Origin: an uncultured Bacilli bacterium
GTDB lineage: Bacteria > Bacillota_I > Bacilli_A > RFN20 > DUOF01
Reading direction: 5' to 3'
Length of the DNA stretch: 64,000 nt
Assembly (NCBI GenBank): GCA_944363575.1
Contig: CALVUJ010000010.1
Location: forward strand, 19,817 to 83,816
In this document: piece after piece, positions 19,207 to 29,900 of the stretch
Numbering within the stretch: position 1 is the first letter of the stretch
Layout: every line of letters begins with the position of its first letter
Program-made: the position numbers and the translations under genes
The notes under the pieces: generated by a model
The model's database searches: none
Told to the model about the DNA's origin: nothing
Seen by the model: the letters and a program-made list of their open reading frames with translations, nothing else

Positions 19207-19572
19207 ATGGAAAAGGTTAGATGTGTGTATTGTGATTGTAAAAGAGATTATGAAGTGATTGATGAAGAGTATGTATATGTAGAGGATGATATGGAAGTAA
19301 GATATGGTGGGAAAAAAGCAATTTGTAATGTGTGTAAACATGAGATAATGATTGATGAAATTGAGGATTATAATCAAGTGCAGTTTGAAAAAGCATATAA
19401 AGAAATGAATGGTATAATAAGTGTTGAGGTAATTAATCAAATAATGGAAAAATATAATATTGGTAAAAGGTCGTTATCTTTGGTTTTAGGGCTAGGAGAG
19501 ATAACTATTACAAGATATTTGGATGGGTATGTGCCTACGAGTAAGAATTCTAAATATTTAAAAAAATATTAA
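19207..19572 (+). CDS. MqsA-like antitoxin. It has an N-terminal zinc ribbon (CVYC...30 aa...CNVC) plus a C-terminal XRE-type HTH.
   Basis: The CxxC-x30-CxxC spacing is identical to the MqsA Zn site. The HTH is IMEKYNIGKRSLSLVLGLGEITITRYLDG. RBS GAGGAGG is upstream, and GTG 19204 is an alternative start. Confidence 0.65.
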   Translation: MEKVRCVYCDCKRDYEVIDEEYVYVEDDMEVRYGGKKAICNVCKHEIMIDEIEDYNQVQFEKAYKEMNGIISVEVINQIMEKYNIGKRSLSLVLGLGEITITRYLDGYVPTSKNSKYLKKY

Positions 19573-19595
19573 AGTCACCTGAAGAATATTATGGG

Positions 19596-20171
19596 ATGTT
19601 AATGAAGAATGGGAAACTTATTTCTTCATTAGCTTTTAAGAAGTCTAAAGAGCGTTGTGAAGAGATATTAGGTATTGATAATAATGATCGTACTATTATT
19701 GATATAGGTAATTATATAATGAGTAAATATGATGAAACTACACCACTAGCATTACAAAAATTACTATATTATATACAAATGTTTGGATTAACTTTTTTGG
19801 GAAGACCTATATTTAATAATCAATGTAAAAGATGGGATTATGGGCCGGTATATAGTGAAGTTTATTTTGAGTTTAAAAATATTCGTTTTGAATCTAGGAT
19901 ACATGAGTCAAGCGAATTATATGTAGATTATGAGGCTAAGCGGTTAATTGATTCAGTATTGAAGGCCTTTGCTTGTTATAGTGGCAATACTTTATCATAT
20001 TTTACATATTGTGAAGATCTTTGGAAGAAGGCTAGTGAGCAAGGATTAGAGGTTATATCAAGAGAATTAATAAGAGAGCAAGGTAATAAGATAAATAATT
20101 TTGAAGATATAAGTTTGTATAGTGAAAGTACGTTTAATAAGTATAAAAATAATTGTTTAGGAGATTTATAA
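19596..20171 (+). CDS. Panacea (DUF4065) domain protein, PanA/SocA-type putative antitoxin.
   Basis: The hallmark motifs LQKLLYY and W-YGPV..VY.EFK are present in TPLALQKLLYYIQMFGLTFLGRPIFNNQCKRWDYGPVYSEVYFEFK. Confidence 0.65.
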   Translation: MLMKNGKLISSLAFKKSKERCEEILGIDNNDRTIIDIGNYIMSKYDETTPLALQKLLYYIQMFGLTFLGRPIFNNQCKRWDYGPVYSEVYFEFKNIRFESRIHESSELYVDYEAKRLIDSVLKAFACYSGNTLSYFTYCEDLWKKASEQGLEVISRELIREQGNKINNFEDISLYSESTFNKYKNNCLGDL

Positions 20172-20376
20172 TAAAAGTTACAAGTGATTGTTAAGAATAT
20201 ACATCTTAATTGTGCAGTATAATTTGATGAAAAGTTAGATTTTTTGTTTTGATACTTGCAATTAGTTTTAGGATGTAGTATGATAACACACGTGTATGAG
20301 AATACACTTTTGCGCAGTGGGAAGAATTTGATTCTGTTTGGACCACAGCCTTAAAAGTTAGAAGGAGGTAAAATAT

Positions 20377-20790
20377 ATGTCTAAGAAAATCGCAAAAGTT
20401 GTTAAGATTCAACTTCCAGCAGGGGAAGCAAAACCAGGAGCAGCATTAGCAAGTGCAGGTATTGTTATGCCTAAGTTCTGTTCAGAGTTTAATGAGAAAA
20501 CAGCTGATAGGAGAGGTGATATTGTTCCTGTAATTATCACTGCTTATGAAGATAAGTCATTTGATTTTGTAATTAAGACAAGTCCTGTTACTAATATGAT
20601 CAAGAAAGCTTGTAATATTAAGAGTGGGTCTAGTAATCCTAAGAAAAATAAGGTTGCTAAGCTTAGTAAAGAGGATGTTAGAAAGATTGCAGAATATAAA
20701 ATGCCAGATTTAAATGCGAATGATATTGATGCTGCAATGAAGATTGTTGCAGGTAGTGCTCGTAGTATGGGCATTGAAGTAGAAGAATAA
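20377..20790 (+). CDS. rplK: 50S ribosomal protein L11.
   Basis: The N-terminus MSKKIAKVVKIQLPAGEAKPG is L11-like, and the 137-aa length fits. Position before rplA is canonical. RBS GGAGG is upstream. Confidence 0.9.
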   Translation: MSKKIAKVVKIQLPAGEAKPGAALASAGIVMPKFCSEFNEKTADRRGDIVPVIITAYEDKSFDFVIKTSPVTNMIKKACNIKSGSSNPKKNKVAKLSKEDVRKIAEYKMPDLNANDIDAAMKIVAGSARSMGIEVEE

Positions 20791-20838
20791 GTGGAAGGAT
20801 AAACTCGTCCGTTAGAACCACAAGGAGGATAGAAAGAT

Positions 20839-21522
20839 ATGAATAAAAGAGGAAAAAAATATGTAGAGGCTAGTAAGTTAGTCGAAAAGAATAAAGTTTA
20901 TAGTGCTAGAGAAGCATGTGAGTTAGTTAAGAAGACTAGTGTTACAAAGTTTGATGCTAGTGTTGATGTAGCTTTCAATTTAAATATTGATACTCGTTAT
21001 GCTGAACAACAAATTAGGGGTGCTGTAGTTTTACCTAATGGGACAGGTAAAACAAAGACTGTTTTAGCTATTACTAATAAGGTAGAGGAAGCTAAGAGTG
21101 CTGGTGCTGATTTTGTTGGTGGTAAGGAAATGATTGAAAAGATTCAAAAAGAAAATTGGTTTGGATTTGATGTTATTGTTGCTACTCCTGATATGATGGG
21201 AGAGTTAGGTAAGATTGGTAGGGTTTTAGGTCCTAAAGGTTTAATGCCTAATCCTAAGACTGGTACTGTATCAATGGATATTGCTAAGGCTGTTAAAGAT
21301 ATTAAGGCTGGTAAAGTTGAGTATCGTGCTGATAAAGAAGGTAACATTAATGTTACTATTGGTAGAGTTTCTTTTGATGCAGAAAAGTTATATGAAAACT
21401 TTAAGACTATTTATGATGTTGTTGTTAAGGCTAAACCTAGTGCTGTTAAGGGAACTTATATGAATAACTTAACAATTACTACAACAATGGGTCCTAGTAT
21501 TAAAGTTGATGTAAACTTCTAA
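20839..21522 (+). CDS. rplA: 50S ribosomal protein L1.
   Basis: 227 aa with L1 family conservation throughout. RBS AAGGAGG. Confidence 0.95.
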   Translation: MNKRGKKYVEASKLVEKNKVYSAREACELVKKTSVTKFDASVDVAFNLNIDTRYAEQQIRGAVVLPNGTGKTKTVLAITNKVEEAKSAGADFVGGKEMIEKIQKENWFGFDVIVATPDMMGELGKIGRVLGPKGLMPNPKTGTVSMDIAKAVKDIKAGKVEYRADKEGNINVTIGRVSFDAEKLYENFKTIYDVVVKAKPSAVKGTYMNNLTITTTMGPSIKVDVNF

Positions 21523-21528
21523 TTTAGT

Positions 21529-21557
21529 TGACAAGTGTATAAAATAAAAGTAAAATA
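21529..21557 (+). promoter_or_regulatory. Sigma-A type promoter TTGACA-17-TAAAAT for the rplJL operon.
   Basis: The sequence matches the consensus exactly. Confidence 0.7.
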
Positions 21558-21564
21558 ATGATGC

Positions 21565-21700
21565 TTATTACCAAAGACAGCAACGGTCAAGGGACTTAAT
21601 AAGGTTGCCGAGGTGAACATGAATTGTTTATTTCCCTGTGTGCTTTTGGTAAGAATACAGGGTTTTTATTTGGGTAAGTAAGCTTATTATAAAAAAAGAA
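21565..21700 (+). promoter_or_regulatory. Ribosomal protein L10 leader with an intrinsic attenuator hairpin (CCCTGT...ACAGGG plus T5 at 21635-21668).
   Basis: A ~150-nt untranslated leader lies between the promoter and rplJ. It contains GACAGCAACGG and a terminator-like hairpin, the typical Firmicutes L10(L12)4 autoregulatory leader. Confidence 0.6.
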
Positions 21701-21716
21701 AGAGAGGTGTGAGTTA

Positions 21717-22211
21717 GTGAACAAGACGATTATTGAACAAAAAGAGAGTTTAGTTAATCAAGTTAGTGATGAGATGAAAAATTCTGCTTCAACAATAGTA
21801 GTAGAGTATCGTGGTTTAACTGTTGAAAAGATTAGTGAACTTAGAAGAAAGCTTCGTGAAGAAGATGCTTCATTAAAGGTTTATAAGAATTCAATTGTTT
21901 CTAGAGCTGCGAATAAGGTTGGGTATAGTGAGTTAGACAATGAACTTACTGGGCCTAATGCAATTGTTTTTTCAAAGAAAGATTCAACTAGCGCTGCTAA
22001 ATTATTAACAAAGTTTGCTAAAAGAAACGAAGAGTTAGTAGTTAAGGGTGGTATTGTTGAAGGTAAGTATGTTGATGCTAAAGAAATGAAGGTAGTAGCT
22101 ACATTACCTAGTAGAGAAGGATTGTTATCAATGTTACTTAGTTGTTTACAAGCTCCAATTAGGAACTTTGCATGTGCTGTAAAAGCTGTTGCCGATCAAA
22201 AGAATAATTAA
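21717..22211 (+). CDS. rplJ: 50S ribosomal protein L10.
   Basis: GTG start after AGAGAGG. L10 family, 164 aa. Confidence 0.9.
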   Translation: MNKTIIEQKESLVNQVSDEMKNSASTIVVEYRGLTVEKISELRRKLREEDASLKVYKNSIVSRAANKVGYSELDNELTGPNAIVFSKKDSTSAAKLLTKFAKRNEELVVKGGIVEGKYVDAKEMKVVATLPSREGLLSMLLSCLQAPIRNFACAVKAVADQKNN

Positions 22212-22232
22212 TAAGGAAAGGGGAAATGAAAA

Positions 22233-22610
22233 ATGGCAAAAATTAATACAACTGATTTAATTGCAAGTTTAAAGGAAATGACAATTTTAGAATTAAATGA
22301 TTTAGTTAAAGCAATCGAGGAGGAATTTGGTGTAACTGCTGCTGCTCCTGTAGCTGTAGCTGCTGCTGCTCCTGCTGAAGAAGAAGCTGCTAAAGGACCA
22401 AGCGAAGTAACTGTTTACTTAAAGGCTGTTGGTGCTTCTAAGTTAGCTGTTGTTAAGGCTATCCAAGCTATTACTGGTTTAGGTTTAGGAGATGCTAAGA
22501 AATTAACTGATGTTGTTCCTAGTGTAATTAAAGAAAAGATTTCACCTGCTGCTGCTGAAGAAGTTAAAGCTAAGTTAGTAGAAGCTGGTGCAGAAGTAGA
22601 AGTTAAGTAA
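22233..22610 (+). CDS. rplL: 50S ribosomal protein L7/L12.
   Basis: An Ala-rich hinge ([16 protein letters not shown]) and a conserved C-terminal domain are present. Confidence 0.95.
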   Translation: MAKINTTDLIASLKEMTILELNDLVKAIEEEFGVTAAAPVAVAAAAPAEEEAAKGPSEVTVYLKAVGASKLAVVKAIQAITGLGLGDAKKLTDVVPSVIKEKISPAAAEEVKAKLVEAGAEVEVK

Positions 22611-22633
22611 TTAACTTTTATTTAAAACAAAAA

Positions 22634-22660
22634 GAGAGCTCATTTATTGAGCTTTTTTTA
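22634..22660 (+). terminator. Rho-independent terminator (AGCTCA-tttat-TGAGCT plus T7).
   Basis: Hairpin plus T-run read directly from the sequence. Confidence 0.7.
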
Positions 22661-22689
22661 TTTATTGTTATAATGATGGTGGTGGTTCT

Positions 22690-23277
22690 ATGTCGCATTA
22701 TTTTGTTAGTGATGATAGTGTTAAGCGTAATAAAAGAAATATTTACTATTCTTTTAATAATATTAGTTTTAAGTTTGTGAGCGATAATGGGGTTTTTTCT
22801 AAGAGTGAAGTAGATGAGGGTAGTGATATTCTTTTAAAGAGTTATTTGAATGGTGGTAAAGTTGGTAGAGTGCTAGATGTAGGAGCGGGTATTGGGGTGC
22901 TAGGTATCGTTATTTCTAGGGTTAATGATTGTGAAGTGGATATGTTAGAGATTAACGAAAGAGCAGTAGAGTTATGTAAAGAGAATATTAAAGTTAATAA
23001 GGTTAATTGTAATATTTATTTGAGTGATATGTATGAAAAAGCAAACGGAAAGTATGATGTTATTGTTAGTAATCCTCCGATTAGGGCGGGTAAGCAAGTG
23101 GTGTTTTCTATATTAGAGGATAGTTATAAGTATTTGAATAGTGGTGGAGAGTTGTGGGTTGTTATTAGGAAGAAACAAGGTTCTAGTAGTGCTAAAAAGA
23201 AGATAGAAGAAGTTTTTGGTAATTGTAGTATTGTTAAAAGAGATAAAGGATTTTATATTCTTAAGGCTGTTAAATAA
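22690..23277 (+). CDS. Class I SAM-dependent methyltransferase, RsmC/YbxB small-domain type.
   Basis: Motifs VLDVGAGIGVLGIV and VSNPPIRAGK are present. The position between rplL and rpoB matches Bacillus ybxB. Confidence 0.75.
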   Translation: MSHYFVSDDSVKRNKRNIYYSFNNISFKFVSDNGVFSKSEVDEGSDILLKSYLNGGKVGRVLDVGAGIGVLGIVISRVNDCEVDMLEINERAVELCKENIKVNKVNCNIYLSDMYEKANGKYDVIVSNPPIRAGKQVVFSILEDSYKYLNSGGELWVVIRKKQGSSSAKKKIEEVFGNCSIVKRDKGFYILKAVK

Positions 23278-23299
23278 AAAATATTTTAAATAAAGATAA

Positions 23300-23328
23300 T
23301 TGACACTTGGTTTAAAGGATGTTAAACT
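23300..23328 (+). promoter_or_regulatory. Candidate promoter TTGACA-17-TAAACT upstream of rpoB.
   Basis: Read directly from the sequence. Confidence 0.45.
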
Positions 23329-23388
23329 ATAATGTCTAATTGTCTTTTTTGTGCCCAAAAAGAGACAAATTTGAAAGAGGTGAATGCT

Positions 23389-26300
23389 GTGGCAATAAAC
23401 AAAGTTGGCCAAACCACAGAAAGAAAAGATTTTTCTAAGATTAGTGGTTCATTGCCTATCCCTAACCTAATTGAGGTTCAACAAAAGTCTTATGAATGGT
23501 TTATTAATGAAGGGATAATTGATGCATTTAACGATATTTATCCTATAGAAAGTCCAAATGGGAACTTCGTTATGGAATTCGTTAATTGTAGGTTTGAGAA
23601 ACCTAAGTATGATATTGAACAATGTAGAGATCGTTATCTTACTTATGCGTATCCGATGAGAGCTACACTTCGTTTAATCAATAATGAAACTGGAGAAATC
23701 AAAGAGAGTGATGTTTTCTTTGGTGAGATGCCTGCGATGAGTGATTCAGGTACTTTTGTCATTAGTGGTAACGAAAAGGTTATAGTTTCTCAACTTGCTA
23801 GATCTCCAGGAGCATATTTTAATTATGTTAGAGATGAGAAAACTGGTAAGTTAATTGCGAGTGGAGAAATCCATCCAATTAGAGGCGCATGGTTAGAATT
23901 CGTTTCTGATGCACATGATGTGTTGCATGTTAGAATTGATAGGGAAAGAAAGATTCCAGCGACTGTTTTACTTAGAGCAATCGGACTTGAGAGTAATGAT
24001 GATATTACTAATTTATTTGGTGAGAGTATTTATTTAAATAATACTTTTGAAAAAGATTCTACAGAAAATGCTAGAGATGCTTTGATTGAAATTTATACTA
24101 AATTAAGACCTGGTGAGCCTGCGACTGAAGAAGGTTCTAGGAATTTAATGTTTCAAAAATATTTTGATAAAAAGAGATATGATTTAGCTAAGGCTGGTAG
24201 ATTTAAGATTAATAATAAATTAAGTGCTTATTTTAGATTACAAGGTAAGGTTGTAGCAGAGCATTTGATTGATTGTAATGGGGAAGTTATCTATGAGAAG
24301 GGAACTTTGATGACTAAGGAGAAAGTTGATCATTTAAGGAGTCTTAAGTTCTTTGAAAATGGTGCTCATAGTGTTACTTTAAACGTTAATAAAAACCTTT
24401 ATTTAGATGGGGAAGGCGAAGATAGCGTTAATGTTGTTTATGTTTATACAGATGAGACACAAACTAATGTTATGAAAATTATTGGTAATGATTGTTCATG
24501 TAGTGTTAGGAATTTAAATGTTCCTGATATTGTTGCTACATTCTCTTTCTTTTTGAATACTTTTGATGGGAATTTAGTTAATGATGATATTGATCATTTA
24601 GGTAATAGAAGAATTAGATCTGTTGGTGAACTTATTCAAAATCAGTTTAGAGCAGGTCTTTCAAAGATGGAAAAAGGAGTTAAGGAGAAGATGTCGATTT
24701 CTGATACTACTTCAATTACTCCACAAAATTTAACAAATATTAGGCCTTTAAGTGCAGCACTTAGAGAGTTTTTTGCTTATTCTCAGTTATCACAATTTAT
24801 GGATCAAACTAATCCATTATCTGAGTTAGCTAATAAAAGAAGAATTAGTGCTTTAGGTCCTGGTGGATTGAATAAGGATCGTGCTGGTGTTGAAGTTCGT
24901 GATGTTCATTATTCTCACTATGGTAGAATATGTCCTATTGAAACTCCAGAAGGTGCTAATATCGGACTTATTTCAAACTTGGCTACGTATGCTAAGTTAG
25001 ATGAAAATGGGTTTATTCAAACTCCTTATAGAAGGGTTGATAAGAAAACTTGTAGGGTGTTAGAAGAGTGTGATTATTTAACTGCTGATCAAGAGAATGA
25101 TTTTACAGTAGCACAAGCTAATATTAATATGGATAAAGATGGTTATATTTTAGATGAGAGAGTTGTTGCTCGTCATCGTGGTGAGAATATCTTGATTAGA
25201 AAAGAAGATGTTGATTATGTGGATGTTTCACCTAAGCAATTAATTTCTATTTCTACATCTTGTATTCCTTTCCTAGAGAATGATGATGCTCACCGTGCTT
25301 TGATGGCTGCGAACATGCAACGTCAAGCAATTCCTCTTGTTAAGCCTGATTCTCCTTATGTTGGTACAGGTGTTGAAAGAAAGATAGCACATGATTCTGG
25401 TTCATCTTTATTAAGTAAGCATGATGGTGTTGTTACTTATGTAGATGCTAAAAAAGTTAAGGTTGAAAGTAAAGATGGTGAACATGTTTATAATCTTAAG
25501 AAGTTTGGTAGTAGTAACCAAGGTACTTGTTTAAATCAAATTCCTAGTGTTGTGGAAGGGCAAAAGGTTAAAGTTGGTGATGTTTTGGCTGATGGTGGAG
25601 CTATTCAAAATGGTGAGTTAGCTTTAGGGCAAAATGTTACAGTAGCTTTTATGACATGGGATGGATACAATTATGAGGATGCTATTATCATGTCTGATCG
25701 TTTAGTTAAAGATGATGTTTATACTTCTATTCATATTGAGGATTATAAAATAGAGTGTAGAGATACAAGGTTAGGTCCTGAAGAAATTACTAGAGATGTG
25801 CCTAATGTTGGTGAGGATGCAAAGATAAATCTTGATGCTAGGGGTATTGTTATTCCTGGAGCAGAAGTTAAAGAAGGAGATATTTTAGTAGGTAAGATTA
25901 CACCAAAAGGGCAAAGTGAACCTACTCCTGAAGAAAAATTATTAATGGCTATTTTTGGCGAGAAAACTAAGGAAGGTAAAGATAAGTCATTACGTGTTCC
26001 TCATGGTGGTGCTGGTATCGTTTTAGATGTTAAGTATTTCTCTCGTAAGAATGGTGATGAGTTAGAGCCAGGAGTTAATGAGATGATTCGTGTTTATGTA
26101 GCACAGAAGCGTAAGATATCTGAAGGAGATAAGATGGCAGGGCGTCATGGTAATAAAGGTGTTATTTCACGTATCATGCCTCAAGAAGATATGCCTTTCT
26201 TGCCAGATGGAACACCTGTTGATATTATGTTAAATCCACTTGGCGTTCCTTCTCGTATGAATATTTGTCAAGTATTAGAGATGCATTTAGGGTACGCTGC

Positions 26301-26952
26301 TAAAAAACTTGGTATGAAGATTGCTACTCCTGTATTTGATGGGGTTAAAGATGAAGAATTAAAGAAAATGATGAGAGATGCTGGTATTGCAGAAGATGGT
26401 AAGACAATTCTTTATGATGGAAGAACTGGTGAGCCATTTGATGCTAGAATATCAGTTGGAGTTATGTATATGCTTAAGTTAGCACACATGGTTGATGATA
26501 AGTTACATGCTCGTGCAACTGGTCCTTATTCATTAGTTACTCAACAACCATTGGGTGGTAAAGCTCAAAATGGTGGTCAAAGATTTGGTGAGATGGAAGT
26601 TTGGGCATTAGAGGCATATGGTGCTGCTCATACTTTACAAGAAATGTTAACTATTAAGTCTGATGATGTAATAGGTAGAGTTAAGACTTATGAGGCAATT
26701 ATTAAAGGTAAGTCTTTACCAAAACCTGGTGTTCCTGAGTCATTTAAAGTTTTACAAAAGGAATTACAAGCATTAGCAATTGATATTTCGGTTTATGATG
26801 TTGATGGTGAAGTTATCGATATGAAAGCTTCTACTAAATATCAAGAGAGAGAAGAAAGAAGATTAGCAGATACAATTAAAGAACAATTCTCCGATTTCGT
26901 AGCGGTTGATGATAGTGCAGAAGTTGATGACTACGATGAGGATTATGAATAA
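23389..26952 (+). CDS. rpoB: DNA-directed RNA polymerase beta subunit.
   Basis: RpoB is conserved throughout. The likely start is GTG 23389, 8 nt after AAAGAGG, whereas the ORF track extends it to ATG 23332. Confidence 0.95.
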   Translation: MAINKVGQTTERKDFSKISGSLPIPNLIEVQQKSYEWFINEGIIDAFNDIYPIESPNGNFVMEFVNCRFEKPKYDIEQCRDRYLTYAYPMRATLRLINNETGEIKESDVFFGEMPAMSDSGTFVISGNEKVIVSQLARSPGAYFNYVRDEKTGKLIASGEIHPIRGAWLEFVSDAHDVLHVRIDRERKIPATVLLRAIGLESNDDITNLFGESIYLNNTFEKDSTENARDALIEIYTKLRPGEPATEEGSRNLMFQKYFDKKRYDLAKAGRFKINNKLSAYFRLQGKVVAEHLIDCNGEVIYEKGTLMTKEKVDHLRSLKFFENGAHSVTLNVNKNLYLDGEGEDSVNVVYVYTDETQTNVMKIIGNDCSCSVRNLNVPDIVATFSFFLNTFDGNLVNDDIDHLGNRRIRSVGELIQNQFRAGLSKMEKGVKEKMSISDTTSITPQNLTNIRPLSAALREFFAYSQLSQFMDQTNPLSELANKRRISALGPGGLNKDRAGVEVRDVHYSHYGRICPIETPEGANIGLISNLATYAKLDENGFIQTPYRRVDKKTCRVLEECDYLTADQENDFTVAQANINMDKDGYILDERVVARHRGENILIRKEDVDYVDVSPKQLISISTSCIPFLENDDAHRALMAANMQRQAIPLVKPDSPYVGTGVERKIAHDSGSSLLSKHDGVVTYVDAKKVKVESKDGEHVYNLKKFGSSNQGTCLNQIPSVVEGQKVKVGDVLADGGAIQNGELALGQNVTVAFMTWDGYNYEDAIIMSDRLVKDDVYTSIHIEDYKIECRDTRLGPEEITRDVPNVGEDAKINLDARGIVIPGAEVKEGDILVGKITPKGQSEPTPEEKLLMAIFGEKTKEGKDKSLRVPHGGAGIVLDVKYFSRKNGDELEPGVNEMIRVYVAQKRKISEGDKMAGRHGNKGVISRIMPQEDMPFLPDGTPVDIMLNPLGVPSRMNICQVLEMHLGYAAKKLGMKIATPVFDGVKDEELKKMMRDAGIAEDGKTILYDGRTGEPFDARISVGVMYMLKLAHMVDDKLHARATGPYSLVTQQPLGGKAQNGGQRFGEMEVWALEAYGAAHTLQEMLTIKSDDVIGRVKTYEAIIKGKSLPKPGVPESFKVLQKELQALAIDISVYDVDGEVIDMKASTKYQEREERRLADTIKEQFSDFVAVDDSAEVDDYDEDYE

Positions 26953-26968
26953 GGGGGGAATAGATTAG

Positions 26969-29900
26969 ATGGCTACAACTATGGATGTAAATCGTTATGC
27001 GGCAGTTAAGGTAGGGCTTGCTTCTCCTGAAAAGATTAGAGAATGGTCTTATGGGGAAGTTAAAAAAGCTGAAACTATTAACTATCGTTCTCAAAAGCCT
27101 GAATTAGATGGGTTATTTTGTGAGAGAATTTTTGGACCTAGTAAGGATTATGAGTGTCATTGTGGAAAGTATAAGAAGATTCGTTTCCAAGGCATGGTTT
27201 GTGAAAAGTGTGGGGTAGAGATTACTTCTAAGAGTGTTAGAAGAGAGAGAATGGGGCACATTGAGTTAGCTACTCCTGTTGCGCATATTTGGTATATTAA
27301 GGGTATTTCTCCTAAGATGGGGTTAGTTCTAGATATTCCTGCTAAACAAGTTGAAGAAGTTATTTACTTTATGTCACAAGTTGTTCTTGATCCAGGTACT
27401 TGTAAGCATTTAAGTAAAGGCGATGTTTTAGATGAAAAAACGGCTAGAGAAAGATTTGGTGTTATCTTTGAAGAAATCTTAAAAACATTAGATAAAGAGT
27501 CTTATGAGTATTCTTATGGTTCATCTTTGTTAGAAAAGATTAATAATCCTAAAGAACCATTTGAGTTTAGTAATAATGCTAATTTTATTAGTGATTATAC
27601 TAATGCTCGTTTTGGGGTTGGTGCAGAGGCTATTAAAGAGTTATTGCATAATTTAGATGTTGAAAAAGAATTTAATAAGATTAAAAATGAATTAAAAGAA
27701 ACTCAAGGCGATAAGAATCAAAAGAGAGTTAAATTATTAAAGAGATTAGAAGTTATTAATGCTTTTAGACAATCTGATAATAAGCCAGAATGGATGATTT
27801 TAACTGCTCTTCCAGTTATTCCTCCTGATTTAAGACCTTTACTTCAATTAGATGGTGGTAGGTTGGCTGCTAGTGATTTAAATGATCTATATAGAAGAGT
27901 TATTTCTCGTAATATAAGATTAAAGAAATTACAAGATATGAATGCTCCAACTGTTATTTTGAATAATGAGAAGAGAATGCTTCAAGAATCAGTTGATGCT
28001 TTGATTGATAATGGTAGAAAGAATAAGCCTGTTACTGGTGCTGGTGGTAGAGCTTTGAAATCTTTATCTCATTCATTAAAGGGTAAGCAAGGGCGTTTCC
28101 GTCAACATTTATTAGGTAAGAGAGTTGATTATTCAGGGCGTAGTGTTATTGCTGTTGGACCTGATTTAAAGATGTATCAATGTGGTTTGCCTAGAGAGAT
28201 GGCTGTTCAATTATTTAGACCATTTATTGCTTGTGAAATGATCAAAAGAGGAATTGTTGATTCTCATAAGAAAGCAGATCGTTTAATTGATAAGATGGAT
28301 GATCGTATTTGGGATGTAGTGCAAGCTGTTAGTAAAGAGCATCCAGTATTACTAAATCGTGCTCCTACATTACACAGACTTTCTATTCAAGCATTTGAAC
28401 CTAAGTTAGTAGATGGTAAGGCTATTAGGTTGCATCCACTTGTTTGTGCAGCTTTTAATGCTGACTTTGATGGTGACCAAATGGCTGTACATGTTCCTTT
28501 AAGTGAAGAAGCTAAAACGGAAGCTAGAGTACTTATGCTTGCTTCTAATAATATTCTTTCTCCTAAGGATGGTACTCCTATTGTTAATCCATCGCAAGAT
28601 ATGCTATTAGGTATGTATTATCTATCTAGAGAATATTGTAAAGATGATTTCTTAGAGGTTTCTAAAAACTTTGAAGAAAAAGGTGACACTCAGATGTCTG
28701 AAGATTATCGTTATTTTGCAGAGTGTGATGGTAAGGTATTTAAAGATGTAGATGATGTTATGCTTGCTTATAATACTAATCAAATTCATGCTCATAATAG
28801 GGTAGTTGTTAAGATGTCTGGTATGCATAAGCCTTGTTTTGATAAATATGATCAAGATGATTATTTATTGACTAGTGTTGGTAAGATTATCTTTAATGAG
28901 ATTTTTCCTGTAGATTTCCAATATTTGAATGAGTTTGATACAGGTAGTTTTACTAAGATGAATGATCGTTTTATTATCAAAAAAGGAACTAATATTAAGG
29001 AGTATGTAGAAAATTTACCTTTGAGTAGGCCATATAAGAAAGGTGATTTTGGTCCTATTATTAGTGAAGTTTATAATAAATTTAAGACGGTTGAAACTTC
29101 TAAGATGTTAGATAAGCTTAAAGATTTAGGCTTTAAGTATTCTACGAAGTCTGGTGTTACTATTTCAATTAGTGATATTAAAGTAGTTCCTGAAAAAGAA
29201 GCTATTATTGCTGAAGCTGATAAGGTAGTAGATAAGACTAATGCAATGTTTGAAAAGGGATTACTTGATGAAAAAGGCAGACATGAAGCTGTTATTAAGA
29301 AGTGGGAAGAAGTTAAAAAGCAAGTTAGTAATTGTGTTGAAGCACAGTTTAAAGCTGATAAGTATAATCCTTTGTGTATTATTTCAGAGTCTGGTGCGAG
29401 AGGTTCAATTAAAAACTTTGCTCAATTATGTGGTATGAAAGGACCTATGGCTTCTACTACTGGTGATACGATTGAAATTCCTATCAAGTCTTCATTTAGA
29501 GAAGGGTTAACTGTATCAGAGTTCTTTATTTCTACACACGGTGCTCGTAAGGGTAATACCGATACGGCTTTGAAGACAGCTGATGCTGGTTATTTAACTA
29601 GAAGACTTATTGATGTTTCTCATGATATTATTATTAATGAGGAAGATTGTGGTTGTGATGCTGGTATTGTTATTAGTGATATTGTTAATGAAAAAGAAAA
29701 TACGATTATTTCTTCTTTACAAAATAGGTTGTATGGTAGAAATGCGATGAGAGATGTTATTAATCCTAAGACAGGTGAAGTTATTGTTCGCGCAAATGAG
29801 TTAATTAGTGCTGAAAAGGCTAAAGAGATTGTTGATGCAGGTATTAAAGAAGTTGAGATTAGGACTTTGTTTACTTGTAAGTGTGAGCAAGGTGTATGTA

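Noticed and set aside
18799-19440. Minus-strand ORFs 18799-19038 and 19078-19440 across the TA-like cassette.
   Set aside because: Products are Ile/Leu/Phe/Tyr low-complexity, typical of AT-rich antisense frames. The sense-strand genes have RBSs and recognisable domains.
20172-20376. Palindromes ACACGTGT and GTGTAT..ATACAC upstream of rplK as a possible L1/L11 leader or regulator site.
   Set aside because: I could not match them to a known leader structure from sequence alone, so they are left unannotated. They may simply be promoter-proximal structure.
20206-20774. Minus-strand ORFs 20206-20412 and 20544-20774 over rplK and its leader.
   Set aside because: Antisense to ribosomal protein L11 and its promoter region.
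21144-21463. ORFs 21144-21347 (minus) and 21281-21463 (plus, alternative frame) inside rplA.
   Set aside because: rplA is unambiguous. These are frame-shifted or antisense artefacts.
23113-23412. 99-aa minus-strand ORF across the methyltransferase end and the rpoB promoter.
   Set aside because: Antisense and low complexity. It overlaps the promoter and the start of rpoB.
26876-29438. Small ORFs 26876-27094 (minus), 28652-28855 (minus) and 29241-29438 (plus) inside rpoB/rpoC.
   Set aside because: Embedded in or antisense to RNA polymerase genes.
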